Shown here one piece after another: positions 1-10,849 of a stretch of DNA of 64,000 bases. Source of the stretch: Williopsis jadinii. Lineage: Eukaryota. The notes under the pieces were generated by a model that saw only the letters and a list, made by a program, of their open reading frames with translations, was not told where the DNA came from and made no database searches. Location of the stretch: contig AP024664.1 in NCBI GenBank assembly GCA_024346625.1, forward strand, positions 3,534,001 through 3,598,000, read 5' to 3'. A program made the translations under genes and the position numbers. Within the stretch, counting starts at the first letter, position 1; each line of letters starts with the position of its first letter.

Positions 1-464
1 AACTCACTAACGTTTTGAATAGGAGAATGCAGTCCCATGGAAACACTCAGCCATGAGAAGCTGTTAATGGACTCGAAATACTCACCTTCTGGGAAGAGGT
101 CGAGACTCGTTCCTTGGAATTGAAGGCGCAGCTTGGTCTTGTTTATGTCCCATTGGTCCAAAGATGGAGTCTCCAATGGTTTCCAAGATCGCACTCCTAG
201 GCGAGATGACAACCACAGATGACTGACCGTCTCAACACCTTTGCTCTTTGGATTGGATGCAATCACCACAGATAGATCCGGTAACTCCTGCTGAAGATCC
301 GTGGTTTGCTCCACCACTTGCGAGACAGAATCATTCGTCGTGAAGCACAGTAAAGAACGAGGCTCAAAGGGTAAGCTGGCTAGTGCATTTCTCAGCCGGT
401 ACTTCTGGAAATTGTACACTGTTTGTGCCACATGCTGTCTAAACAGTGTTGTTGTTCTCTTCAT
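1..464 (-). CDS. Hypothetical protein, 5' part only (runs off the left edge); possible mitochondrial presequence
   Basis: Not in the ORF track because it is truncated. ATG at 464, open for 154 codons to the window edge: MKRTTTLFRQHVAQTVYNFQKYRLRNALASLPFEPRSLLCFTTNDSVSQVVEQ... Divergent from POX1. Family not recognised. Confidence 0.7.
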   Translation of the reverse strand, partial: MKRTTTLFRQHVAQTVYNFQKYRLRNALASLPFEPRSLLCFTTNDSVSQVVEQTTDLQQELPDLSVVIASNPKSKGVETVSHLWLSSRLGVRSWKPLETPSLDQWDINKTKLRLQFQGTSLDLFPEGEYFESINSFSWLSVSMGLHSPIQNVSE

Positions 465-782
465 TGTCTGCCCTCGTTTCACTGCTAACCTCTCTTACCC
501 TTTGTTGTCTACAAAGGCCCTTTGGTGATGGCTATCTTCCTGTCTGTGTGGGGAATGGACGACTATCCAAGCAGAGTTTAATCAGCGGCTAATGCAAAGC
601 GCTCTCCACCCACTTCCTGCTGGCCTCCACCTCCCACACGACGAAACAACCGCGGCGGGAAGCGCGCGCTTTTAATTTACTTTTTGGTAGGGGCAGCAAT
701 GTCCGCGAGCTCGTACTGGGCCCAGAAGTATTGTGGGGTAAAAACAAGCGGCAAGACAGAGCGGCAAAGAAGACACAAAAAG

Positions 783-790
783 TATATAAA
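783..790 (+). promoter_or_regulatory. TATA box of acyl-CoA oxidase gene
   Basis: TATATAAA about 90 bp upstream of the first in-frame ATG (875). Confidence 0.55.
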
Positions 791-874
791 CAAAGGGCTC
801 TGGATGTTTGCTTTGTTTTGATTGACTGGCTGCTTCAACACAGCTTCAGTTGGCCAATAGGGCGGGAAAGAGGA

Positions 875-2884
875 ATGTCTTCAGAGGAGATGCAAAGGGA
901 AAGAGCGCAGTGCTCTTTCAACACGAGAGAGCTTACGCACTTCCTCGATAACGGAGCTGAGAACACGGCGAAGCTGGAGAAGATGATGCTTCAGTTCGAA
1001 AGGGACCCGGTGTTTAAAATCCCATTGTACGATCTCTCTTGGAAAGAGCAGCGTGAGATGACGTTCAGGAGAATCACCAGAATGGTTCCCTTCATCGCGA
1101 GTGATACTGAAGAGGAGTTCATCAAGCGGTTTGGGCTCTTGGGGATCTTTGATGGAGCTACATACACCAGGCTGGGTGTTCACTATGGCCTCTTTATTCA
1201 GACAGTGAGAAGCATGGGCACATCTGAGCAGGTGCAGAAGTGGATCGTTGATAAAGGCGGTGTGAACTGCCACAAGTTCTTTGGCTGCTTTGGTATGACG
1301 GAGTTGACACATGGATCAAACGTTGCCGGGTTGCAGACCATTGCGGAATACGATCCGGATGAGGATGTGTTTGTCATAAACACGCCAAACTTGGGTGCTA
1401 CGAAATGGTGGATTGGAGGTGCTGCTCATAGTGCTACGCATTGTGTTGTCTATGCCAGATTGGTGGTTAAGGGTCGGGATTATGGTGTCAAACAGTTCAT
1501 CGTGCAGTTGAGAGACATTGACACGTTTGAACTGTTGCAAGGAATAGCCATTGGTGATATTGGTAAAAAAATGGGCCGTGACGGCATTGATAATGGCTGG
1601 ATTCAATTCACAGACGTTGCGATTCCAAGGGATAACATGTTGTGCAAATACACACAGGTTGACGATGAAGGCAACGTTTCCAAACCTAAATTTGCAGAGC
1701 AGATGGGTTATGCAGCTTTGGTTAAGGGAAGAGTATCCATGGTGACTGATTCTTATAATACCGGTAAGAGATTCATCACAATTGCATTGAGATATGCAGC
1801 GATGAGAAGACAATTCGGTAAAGATAACGAAGGAAATGAAAAGAAGATTATCGACTACACTCATCACAGAAGAAGATTGTTCCCTTTGCTCGCTTCTGTT
1901 TTCGCCATGAATTCTTCAAGTATTGAAGTTGAAGCATTCCAATCTAAAGTTCAAGAACAAGTTATTGAAGGTAACATCGCTGAAGCTATTCCAAACTTGA
2001 AGGATTTGTTTGCCCTCTCAGCTGGTATGAAGGCATTTGGTACTTGGGAAACATGTAAGATTATTGATGAGGGAAGACAAAGCTGTGGTGGACATGGTTA
2101 CTCTGCATATAATGGCTTCGGTCAAGGCTATAATGATTGGGTAGTACAATGCACTTGGGAGGGAGATAACAATGTGTTGAGTTTGAGCTGTGGAAGAGCA
2201 CTAATTCAAAACTATTTATCCATGGAGAAGGGTGAGGCCCTTGGTATCTATTCAGCTTATTTGAAGAACAATGAGAACATGGAACTCAAGTCCGAGGATT
2301 TGAACAACACCGCTGTTTTAATAAAGGCTTGGGAGACCATATCGAGAAATTTGATTAAGAAAGCTACAAATAGTTTTGCAAAGTTCCTTTCTGAGACGAA
2401 AGACCAGGAAGCATCGTTTGAAAAGGTCTCCTCGAACAGGTTCCAAATTGCAAAGATCCACACGAAATTGTTGACTTTGAAGACTTTCTACCAAAGAATT
2501 CAAAGTGCAAATGAATCAGTTAAACCTGTCCTATCTCTGTTGTGTAACTTGTATGCACTCCATATCACATCTGAGAACATTGCCGAGTTTTACTCGTTTG
2601 GAGTAATTAGAGGTTCGGACTTCTACGAAGATCTCAACTATATGATTGATCAGCTCAATGACAGATTGAGACCTGATATCGTTGGTATCACAGACGCTTT
2701 CAATTTGAGTGACTTCTTCCTCGGTTCGCAAATTGGGAAGAGAGATGGTAATATCTATGAGTCGTATTTCTCGTTTGTAAATGGTCAGACTGGTAAGGAG
2801 ATGAAACCATTCTATTTTGACAGCACTTATAAGCCATTCCTACATAGAGAGCTGAAGAAGAGTGACAATGATGCAGCTGAATGA
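875..2884 (+). CDS. POX1: Peroxisomal acyl-CoA oxidase
   Basis: Motifs GCFGMTELTHGSNVAGLQT, ATKWWIGGAAHSATH, GRQSCGGHGYS, VQCTWEGDNNVL. First ATG is at 875; the ORF-track start at 731 is TTG and lies upstream of the TATA box. Confidence 0.95.
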   Translation: MSSEEMQRERAQCSFNTRELTHFLDNGAENTAKLEKMMLQFERDPVFKIPLYDLSWKEQREMTFRRITRMVPFIASDTEEEFIKRFGLLGIFDGATYTRLGVHYGLFIQTVRSMGTSEQVQKWIVDKGGVNCHKFFGCFGMTELTHGSNVAGLQTIAEYDPDEDVFVINTPNLGATKWWIGGAAHSATHCVVYARLVVKGRDYGVKQFIVQLRDIDTFELLQGIAIGDIGKKMGRDGIDNGWIQFTDVAIPRDNMLCKYTQVDDEGNVSKPKFAEQMGYAALVKGRVSMVTDSYNTGKRFITIALRYAAMRRQFGKDNEGNEKKIIDYTHHRRRLFPLLASVFAMNSSSIEVEAFQSKVQEQVIEGNIAEAIPNLKDLFALSAGMKAFGTWETCKIIDEGRQSCGGHGYSAYNGFGQGYNDWVVQCTWEGDNNVLSLSCGRALIQNYLSMEKGEALGIYSAYLKNNENMELKSEDLNNTAVLIKAWETISRNLIKKATNSFAKFLSETKDQEASFEKVSSNRFQIAKIHTKLLTLKTFYQRIQSANESVKPVLSLLCNLYALHITSENIAEFYSFGVIRGSDFYEDLNYMIDQLNDRLRPDIVGITDAFNLSDFFLGSQIGKRDGNIYESYFSFVNGQTGKEMKPFYFDSTYKPFLHRELKKSDNDAAE

Positions 2885-2888
2885 TCCG

Positions 2889-4010
2889 TTAATTAACAAG
2901 GTGTATACCTTGTCCTCCGTTGACCAATACATCCCTTATGTTTTCGATGGTTCTCAGCGTAGAATTTCTAAAGTTATCCTCTGTGAACGATCCCAGATGT
3001 GGCAGTATGGTAACATCATGTCTGTTTACGAATCTTGGGTCTATGTTCGGCTCATTCTGGAAAACATCCAAGCCTGCAGAGTTGATGGTTCCATCGTCCA
3101 ATGCCTTCAACAGCACATCTTCATCGATGGCAGATCCACGTCCAATATTGACAACTCTAGCACCTCTTTTGAACAGTTTTATGGTATCCTTGTTGATAAG
3201 GTGTGTTGTTTCAGAACTGTGTGGGACAGCCAATACCAACAAGTCAACGTGTGGAATCAGCTCCTCGAATGAATTGAAATAAGTCGGTTTGTACGGTAAA
3301 CCTGACAATTCGCCATCTTTCAATGGCGTTCTCTTGGTATAAGATATCTCCATGCCAATGGCCCATAGCCTAATGGCAATCTCCTTGCCAATTGAGCCCA
3401 GTCCAACGATCCCTGCAACTTTACCAGCTGGTGAGTTCAAAGCCTTCCCACCAACAGTCACGTATTTCGTATAGTTCTTTCTCTTTGGGTCAGTTGGAGG
3501 CAGAGGCTCCCTTGTCTTGGTGTCTACGTCTGTTCCGCCAATCACCTCTCTTGCCTTGGCAATGCTCCCGTTGCTCTCCCTGAGCTTGCGTTCGAAGAAG
3601 TGCGTGTATCTAAACGTCCCCAGTGTCAACTGCAATGCGATGTCTGCCACGTCCTTTGAAGGAGCATCGCCAATGTTCACGAGATGGATCCCCCTTGATC
3701 TCAATTTGGCACCGTCGATACGATCATGCCCAACCCATGGAAGGGCAATGACTCTCAATGTCTCCGGGAAATAGTCAATGAGGTCGTTAAACGGATACTG
3801 CAGCCTGATGACGGCTCCTGTCAGCCAAATGGCTTCGACATCGTTCAGGTCGCCTGTTCGAAACAGCTCCTTGATGTCTTCAAACGGCTGGTCAAATGAT
3901 TTGTACACAACATTGAAATCCTTCTCAAACTGACGGAACTCTGGTATATGATCTGGATACTCCTCGTTCGATAGAGAAGCAACAGGATAGAGGACTTTAG
4001 GGGCTCCCAT
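2889..4010 (-). CDS. D-isomer-specific 2-hydroxyacid dehydrogenase (glyoxylate reductase family)
   Basis: Rossmann GLGSIG, VNIGRG, GLDVFQNEP and ILPHLGS catalytic motifs. Confidence 0.9.
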   Translation of the reverse strand: MGAPKVLYPVASLSNEEYPDHIPEFRQFEKDFNVVYKSFDQPFEDIKELFRTGDLNDVEAIWLTGAVIRLQYPFNDLIDYFPETLRVIALPWVGHDRIDGAKLRSRGIHLVNIGDAPSKDVADIALQLTLGTFRYTHFFERKLRESNGSIAKAREVIGGTDVDTKTREPLPPTDPKRKNYTKYVTVGGKALNSPAGKVAGIVGLGSIGKEIAIRLWAIGMEISYTKRTPLKDGELSGLPYKPTYFNSFEELIPHVDLLVLAVPHSSETTHLINKDTIKLFKRGARVVNIGRGSAIDEDVLLKALDDGTINSAGLDVFQNEPNIDPRFVNRHDVTILPHLGSFTEDNFRNSTLRTIENIRDVLVNGGQGIHLVN

Positions 4011-4566
4011 GGCTTGACTGTGGTCAATTGAATGCTGATGCTGTTATGTCGGTGGCAAACACTGAGACGGCCCGGTAAAGATATATAGCTGTGAGTTATA
4101 CCAAGTCTAGGCAACGGCAATGATCAACACTTCATCATTGGTGGCTATACATTCGCAATCCACGTATGGAAACGCAATCGGAGTTGTTGCCTGTTTGGGC
4201 CTTATATGCGATGCCGGGCCTCCCTACAGAGAGCCATCCACTCCACTGGCTGTGTCGTATACTGGCGTAGTAGCTGTGATGGTTGGGGAGCTGTCTACGG
4301 CGGAGGTGCTGAGTGTGTAGCTCTTATCGACGGCTTAAGTCGTCGCCTTCCATAGCAGCAGGTTATATCATAGGCACAATTATATGATGATATAATTATA
4401 TAATTATAATATTTATAACAATTATCGCGACGTACACCGCCGGCGCTGCGATCCCTCGCAAACACATCCATTCTCCGAATCTGCTTCCATCTTCCTTTCC
4501 CCCTACCACCAATCCCTTGTCCAGTGATTGAGCCATAATAAGCCTCAATCGCCTGTTAAATCGTGA

Positions 4567-6108
4567 ATGCTCAAACAGCTGTTCAGATCCATTCCGTTGA
4601 CATCTGCTAGACGATCTCCATTAGTAAAGTCCCATTTGGTTATAAGCGCAAAGAGAGACTCCTCCACCATGTCCGAACCTGACTTCACTGCTCTGTTCAA
4701 CAAGATTGACCAATTGGCGCCGCAATTCATCGAGCGTCTGCGCAAGGCGGTTGAGATTCCTTCTGTCTCTGGTGATGAGTCCCTGAGACCCGAGGTGGTG
4801 AAGACTGCTGAGTTTCTGAAAGCTGAGCTGGAAGCCCTCGGTGCACAGGACATCCAGTTGAAAGAGCTTGGAACGCAACCGCCGCCAGTGGCTGATGCCA
4901 ATTTACAACTACCACCAATTGTGCTATCACGTTTCGGTAACGACCCTTCAAAGAAGACTGTTCTGGTGTACGGTCACTACGACGTTCAGCCTGCTGCGCT
5001 GAGCGACGGTTGGAACACTGAGCCTTTCAAGTTGGTTGAGAAGGACGGCGTCCTGTACGGGAGAGGTTCCTCGGATGATAAGGGGCCTGTTGTGTGCTGG
5101 CTAAACTCGATCCAGGCCCATAAGGAGCTTGGATTGGAGCTGCCAGTCAACTTGATCACTTGCTTCGAAGGTATGGAGGAATCTGGCTCCCTGGGACTGG
5201 ATGGACTGATTGCTCAAGAAGCGCAAGGTTACTTCAAGGGGGTTGATGCCGTGACCATATCCGATAACTATTGGTTAGGAACTACAAAGCCAGTGTTGAC
5301 CTATGGTTTGAGAGGAGTTAACTACTACCAGATCACCGTCAATGGGCCCGCTGCTGACTTGCACTCTGGTTTGTTTGGTGGTATCGTTGCTGAGCCAATG
5401 ACAGATTTGGTCAAGCTGCTTGCAACTTTGGTGGACACTAAGGGGAAGATCTTGATTAAGGGTATTGATGAACAGGTTAAGCCGTTGACAGAGCAAGAGG
5501 ATAAGCTCTACGACGATATTGAATTTGACGTTGAAGTGCTCAACCAGGCCACTGGTTCAAACACCGCTCTATACAACGACAAGAAGTCAATCTTGCAACA
5601 CAGATGGAGATACCCATCCTTGTCCATTCATGGTATCGAAGGAGCGTTCTCTGAGGCTGGTGCCAAAACCGTCATTCCTGCTAAGGTTAAGGGTAAATTC
5701 TCTGTCAGAACCGTCCCAGATATCAGCTCTGAGAAGCTGACTGAGCTGATCAAAACCCATATTGATGAGCAATTCAAAGCTCTCGGCTCTCCAAACGCAT
5801 GTGAGGTTGAATTGATCCACGACGGTGACTATTGGCTCTCAGATCCTTTCAACGAACAATTCACTGCTGCTAAGAAGGCAACAAAGGCTGTTTGGGGAGT
5901 GGAGCCTGACCTCACAAGAGAAGGTGGGTCCATCCCTATCACTTTGACCTTTGAAAAGGAGCTGAAGACATCTGTTCTATTGTTGCCTGTGGGTAGAGGT
6001 GATGATGGTGCTCACTCAACAAACGAAAAGCTGGATATCTCCAACTACATCGAAGGTACAAAGACTCTGTCTGCTTACTTGCACTACTACGCTCAAGGCT
6101 CCAAGTAA
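4567..6108 (+). CDS. DUG1: Cys-Gly metallodipeptidase (M20 family); conserved protein begins at second ATG 4669
   Basis: VLVYGHYDVQPA, GRGSSDDKGP, FEGMEESGS, DLHSG, REGGSIP, DDGAHSTNEK. Confidence 0.95.
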   Translation: MLKQLFRSIPLTSARRSPLVKSHLVISAKRDSSTMSEPDFTALFNKIDQLAPQFIERLRKAVEIPSVSGDESLRPEVVKTAEFLKAELEALGAQDIQLKELGTQPPPVADANLQLPPIVLSRFGNDPSKKTVLVYGHYDVQPAALSDGWNTEPFKLVEKDGVLYGRGSSDDKGPVVCWLNSIQAHKELGLELPVNLITCFEGMEESGSLGLDGLIAQEAQGYFKGVDAVTISDNYWLGTTKPVLTYGLRGVNYYQITVNGPAADLHSGLFGGIVAEPMTDLVKLLATLVDTKGKILIKGIDEQVKPLTEQEDKLYDDIEFDVEVLNQATGSNTALYNDKKSILQHRWRYPSLSIHGIEGAFSEAGAKTVIPAKVKGKFSVRTVPDISSEKLTELIKTHIDEQFKALGSPNACEVELIHDGDYWLSDPFNEQFTAAKKATKAVWGVEPDLTREGGSIPITLTFEKELKTSVLLLPVGRGDDGAHSTNEKLDISNYIEGTKTLSAYLHYYAQGSK

Positions 6109-6160
6109 CCTCATCCAGTGAAATACAATATTTATTGAGCCCCCATGGAAAAGTGTAGGC

Positions 6161-7624
6161 CTAAACCCAGATCAACTTGCTGCTAGAGCCAGCTGGCTGC
6201 TCTCTACGGTATAAGTACTGACCCTCTGGAGCATCAAACTCTTGTGCAATATCATCCCTATCAGAGTCGGAATCTTCTGATGCTGCAAATACAGTGTCAC
6301 TGCTCATGTTGTCTTGCGATTGCCCTTCAACCTTCGAATATACCGGCTGAGCTTGTATTCCATGAATGCTAGGGTTGTACATGGAAGACTGTGGATACTC
6401 GTCGTCGTCTCTGTTGACACCGTTGAAGGCAGCTCTGTTTGGAGTCTTGTGGATGGTATTTTTGATCCTGTTACATCTGCTGTACTCGATGAGCTTCCCC
6501 TTGATCTCACGAGGCTCAACACCTTGGCTTAGCAACACTGCAGCGAGCCCAGAGATAGCTGGTGCACTCATCGAGGTACCACTCATAACTGCGGGGATTT
6601 CAAGTTCATTATGGCTAACACTGAACACGTCAACACCACTGGCGAGGACGTCGATGCAAGGCCCATGGTTTGTGAAGGACGCCATCTCATCTGTCCTGTC
6701 GTCAAAGGCACCAACTGAGATGACACCTTCTGCACTCGCAGGACTAGCACGGCAAGAATCACTTGCAAAGTTGCCAGCAGCTGCAACGATAACCATCCCA
6801 CTGTGTGATGCTGCTTCGATAGCTGCATTCAATACGTTGTTCTTGAGCGAACCAAGAGAAAGGTTTATGATTCCTTTGGTGTTGCTCTCAGCCCTCCTCT
6901 TACAGGCATATTCAATGGCAGCCAAGACGTTTGTGAGTGAACCAGACCCTCTAGGGTCCAAGACTTTGAGATCCACGATGTTTGCCTTCTTAGCAACTCC
7001 AAATGTCCTTGACGCAACAACACCAGCAACGTGCGTTCCATGCCCGTTATTATCACCAACGTCTCCACCAACAAACGTTTTCTGTTCCAAGACCCGACCA
7101 CCAAACTCTGGGTGGTCTTTGAAGACCCCAGTGTCGATGACGTACACTGTGACGTCCTGTCCTTGGTGCTTTGGGTCGTAATAGTAGTTTACAGTCTCGT
7201 TGAAAGGAAGTGAGCCTTGTCTTGAAAGCGAGGCCAAATGCCTTGGAGCCATTGTCTGGGTTCCAAAACCATCCCAGGGGTCTGCCTGGAAGGTGGTGAG
7301 CTCAGTGTCAGAGACTTCTCTATAATCTTGTGAGATTGTACCAAACACATTGACTGTTGTATCTCTGACGATGTTCTTGACCAAATCGTTCTTGATCAAC
7401 CTTCTCACCATCAGTTTAGAGAAGTTTCCTGAAAACCCTTCAAAATCGCCAAAAGAAAACACCTTCTGGATGAATGGCCGGACATGAGAGCTTGCTTTGA
7501 GTGAGTCGTCCTGTGCTAAGAGCTTCTCGAGGGTTGCTGGCGTCTTCAATTGGACAAAGAACCCGGCAGAAGCCATGGAGCTCATCAAAACTGTGCCTGA
7601 CATCATAATATTGAAGAATCTCAT
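6161..7624 (-). CDS. RRT12: Subtilisin-family serine protease, Rrt12/Osw3-like (spore wall)
   Basis: Signal peptide; catalytic triad in IDTG, GHGTHVAG, GTSMSAP; Rrt12-like segments APRHLASLSRQGSLPF, YYY..HQGQDV, VGAFDD..D.MASFTN. Confidence 0.85.
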   Translation of the reverse strand: MRFFNIMMSGTVLMSSMASAGFFVQLKTPATLEKLLAQDDSLKASSHVRPFIQKVFSFGDFEGFSGNFSKLMVRRLIKNDLVKNIVRDTTVNVFGTISQDYREVSDTELTTFQADPWDGFGTQTMAPRHLASLSRQGSLPFNETVNYYYDPKHQGQDVTVYVIDTGVFKDHPEFGGRVLEQKTFVGGDVGDNNGHGTHVAGVVASRTFGVAKKANIVDLKVLDPRGSGSLTNVLAAIEYACKRRAESNTKGIINLSLGSLKNNVLNAAIEAASHSGMVIVAAAGNFASDSCRASPASAEGVISVGAFDDRTDEMASFTNHGPCIDVLASGVDVFSVSHNELEIPAVMSGTSMSAPAISGLAAVLLSQGVEPREIKGKLIEYSRCNRIKNTIHKTPNRAAFNGVNRDDDEYPQSSMYNPSIHGIQAQPVYSKVEGQSQDNMSSDTVFAASEDSDSDRDDIAQEFDAPEGQYLYRREQPAGSSSKLIWV

Positions 7625-7839
7625 GGTGACTATGTTTCAGAGTTGGCTCTGATTTGTGATAAGCAATAAATGGAAAGCGACGAATTGGCAATATAGCGGC
7701 AGATATGAATAGCTCTTATCTAAAAGTAGTGGTGTTTAGGCTAAAGTCACCAGTTGATCTACACAAGATTACCTGGAGGACACTTTTGTGTTGTAGCCTG
7801 GGGCTCACTACGGCTTTGTGGAACTGGCAGCTGTTAGCG

Positions 7840-7866
7840 ACACACACACACTCTCTCTCTCTCTCT
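7840..7866. repeat. Compound microsatellite (AC)5(CT)8
   Basis: acacacacaca followed by ctctctctctctctct. Confidence 0.85.
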
Positions 7867-8784
7867 GTGTTGCTACAGTTCGTATAATCAAACATAATCC
7901 ATGGCTCCTGGTGCTCTCATCTGTTCACATTGCTTTGTAGCCTTAAACCATTCACTGAGACCGGGAGTTATGCCCACCAAATAAAGTTCGATCGGGCTTT
8001 ATTATAACACCGAGCACTGCACCTTTGAACAGCCAAGTGAACCACCGTAAGCACACGTTTGAAGATGGTGTACCACATGGACTCTAAGCCAGTGTATCTT
8101 AGCCTGATGATAAGTTGTATACGAGTGTGTATACCTTGCTTGAGCGAGAAAGGGCGCCTTCATTCGTCGCTAATGTGATATTCGACCGTCGGATTAGGAT
8201 TCGGAATTATCGTCTGATTATACCGGCTACAAAATTGTTGTTGTAGCAGCTTTGAATGTAAAAGCAATACGTGATGCAAATCTACAGGATTTGAGAAGTG
8301 TTTCCTCAATGGTTTAAAAGGAGCTCTTTGAGCCATTGTATTTGCTCCTTCTTTCTATTTAGAAAGAGAGAGCACTTTTATTTTATATTTTGGATTGTAT
8401 TGTTATTAAGATTACTGTTATTAAGATTATTCTTATTGTCATTATCATATCTTTAGATCTATTTAGCCACACTGGTGAAAGGAACACTATAACATCGAAT
8501 ATAGTGAAGGATATATTGTGACGTTGATATAACTAGAATATAATATAAGCTGAACCCCGAAGAGCACACTAAGCATGCTATGCCATGTCCTGTTTACGCG
8601 CTAGGCTTTCCCCTGTAAGATCCGGCATTGAGTCCATATTGGGAAATACTACCATTGCCATGTCTCTATCCCTCTCTCCTTCTCTCTGTCGATATAAAAG
8701 GCTCTCAGTTTCCTGGGTTCCGCTCTCGTGTCTTCTTCTCCTTATGCCTCCTAGGTCAAGACTGTATTATACTGTATTGTCAAA

Positions 8785-10509
8785 ATGAGAATCTACCTCA
8801 CAGATGAAGATGGTGCAGGAGAGCCTGTCAAGCCGAAACGCTCTTCAAACTGGGGTCAAATCGCTGTCCTAGCAACACTGGGCATCATCAGTGTTGGAAC
8901 CTGGGGTGTTAGTCAGCTTGTCAAGAGCCAGGTTGCTTCAAGCTTCAAGTCGCAGCCGGCTGAAAGCTGTCCTGTTGGTGAAACAATACGCCCACTATCG
9001 TTTTATGAAGATCGTTCTTCAACTGATGAGATCCTGTTCAACTACGCCTCGAGAAACAAATCATTGGAGATATTTGCCGGCGCTGTTAAGATCTCAACAG
9101 TAGTCCAAGATCATATGCCAGACCCTAACACTCACCCGGAAGCTTGGACCAACTTCACACGGTTCCACAATCACTTGGAAAAGTCTTTCCCTCTAGTTCA
9201 TAGCCGGTTGAGACTTGAAAAGGTTAACGTATTCGGCTTACTCTATACATGGGAGGGTTCAGATCCAAACTTGAAACCCTTGCTACTGACTGCGCATCAG
9301 GATGTTGTGCCAGTCCTCGAGCCTACTTTAAAGGACTGGAAGTATCCACCTTTCAGCGGTCATTTTGACGGCGAGAGAATCTGGGGACGAGGCTCATCAG
9401 ACGATAAGTCTCTTCTCATTGCTGATTTAGCTGCAGTGGAGAAGCTGCTCTCTGAAGGATTCCAACCAAAGAGAACAATAGTCCTGTCATTCGGGTTTGA
9501 TGAGGAACGTGGTGGTGAATTTGGTGCTAAATCTCTAGCAGGCGTGCTGAATGAGCGTTATGGAGAGGACTCTTTCTACGCTCTAGTGGACGAAGGTGTT
9601 GGTACTGTTGAGATTGTCGATGATCGAGCCATTACCGTTGTTGCTATTGGTGAGAAGGGGTCCATTAACTTGGAAATTTCCCTAACCACACCTGGAGGAC
9701 ACTCCTCGGTGCCTCCTCCACATACTAACATTGGTTTGGTTTCAAAACTTATCAGCTATATCGAAGATCACCCTTTCAAGGCAAGTCTCGGTCCTAGAAA
9801 CCCTGTTCTACACTATTTACAGTGCCTGGCTGAACATACCAATGTCTTTGACAAGCAACTGAAGAAACATATCTTCAAAGCAGGATATGATACAAAGTCA
9901 AATGCAGAAGTTGTCAAGTATTTATCTGAGGACCCTGTTACCTCTTCTTCTGTTAAAACCACACAGGCCATTGACATTATCAATGGTGGAATCAAATCGA
10001 ATGCATTGCCTGAATTTGTTTCATTTGTTATCAATCACCGTATTAACGTTGAGTCCTCGGTTAATGAGACAATTGAACAGGTTTTAAGCGATATAAAGGT
10101 CCTATCTAAAGAGTACAACTTGGGAATACTTTTGAATGATGAAGAGATATTACCAAAAACGGAGAATGGTTATTTTGTTTTAAATGCTGGAGAAGGTCTT
10201 GAGCCTGCTAAGGTCTCTCCTAGAGAAGGTGAGGTGTGGACTAAATTCTCTGGTTCCATTAAACATATTGTTGAAGACTATATCCATCCAGACTTGGAGA
10301 AGCCATCAGTCGTTGCTGGTACTCTGATGACCGGCAATACTGATACACGTTACTATTGGCCGTTGACAGATAACATCTACAGATTCATGTTTAGCACCAC
10401 AGAGCTCGTCAAAACCCACATTCACAGCGTAAATGAATACACCACACTAGACGACCACCTATTTATTCAATTGTTTGTTTACGAGTTCATCCAGTCAGTC
10501 AATGAGTGA
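8785..10509 (+). CDS. CPS1: Vacuolar Gly-Xaa carboxypeptidase (carboxypeptidase S, M20)
   Basis: N-terminal type II TM anchor; LLTAHQDVVPV, WGRGSSDDK, FGFDEE, VDEG, TPGGHSSVPP, GNTDTRYYW, IHSVNE. Confidence 0.92.
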   Translation: MRIYLTDEDGAGEPVKPKRSSNWGQIAVLATLGIISVGTWGVSQLVKSQVASSFKSQPAESCPVGETIRPLSFYEDRSSTDEILFNYASRNKSLEIFAGAVKISTVVQDHMPDPNTHPEAWTNFTRFHNHLEKSFPLVHSRLRLEKVNVFGLLYTWEGSDPNLKPLLLTAHQDVVPVLEPTLKDWKYPPFSGHFDGERIWGRGSSDDKSLLIADLAAVEKLLSEGFQPKRTIVLSFGFDEERGGEFGAKSLAGVLNERYGEDSFYALVDEGVGTVEIVDDRAITVVAIGEKGSINLEISLTTPGGHSSVPPPHTNIGLVSKLISYIEDHPFKASLGPRNPVLHYLQCLAEHTNVFDKQLKKHIFKAGYDTKSNAEVVKYLSEDPVTSSSVKTTQAIDIINGGIKSNALPEFVSFVINHRINVESSVNETIEQVLSDIKVLSKEYNLGILLNDEEILPKTENGYFVLNAGEGLEPAKVSPREGEVWTKFSGSIKHIVEDYIHPDLEKPSVVAGTLMTGNTDTRYYWPLTDNIYRFMFSTTELVKTHIHSVNEYTTLDDHLFIQLFVYEFIQSVNE

Positions 10510-10778
10510 TCTAGAAACGAAGGTTGAGGAGTTCAGTATATGGCTAATGCTAGTTTATGATAAATACTTCACAGTGTGAATGCCACTGCTTCGTAGAGAG
10601 AGATTCTGAGAAAACAGACACCTTGGTCAACTTGCAATAATTGTCAATTGACATTTCCACCTTTTACACTGGTCCATTGATCTAGAGAGTCAAGCCAATG
10701 TGTGTGTGACTATGGCTATTACGTTGCAACTCACTTTCTTGATTTTGAACGAGACTCAAAAATTCAAAAAAAAATAAA

Positions 10779-10849
10779 TGCGCGAGCCCGGAGTCGAACC
10801 GGGGGCTCCAAGATGGCAACTTGGAATTTTACCGCTAAACCACTCGCGC
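10779..10849 (-). tRNA. tRNA-Gly(GCC)
   Basis: Reverse complement GCGCGAGTGGTTTAGCGGTAAAATTCCAAGTTGCCATCTTGGAGCCCCCGGTTCGACTCCGGGCTCGCGCA; 71 nt; anticodon arm CCAAG-TTGCCAT-CTTGG; poly-T terminator follows. Confidence 0.97.

Noticed and set aside
731..874. N-terminal extension of POX1 in the ORF track
   Set aside because: TTG start that spans the TATA box; no ATG before 875.
6366..7181. 271 aa plus-strand ORF
   Set aside because: Antisense shadow of the subtilisin gene.
4567..10509. DUG1-RRT12-CPS1 as a functional peptidase cluster
   Set aside because: The three enzymes act in different compartments and pathways; there is no shared regulatory signature beyond scattered GATA sites.
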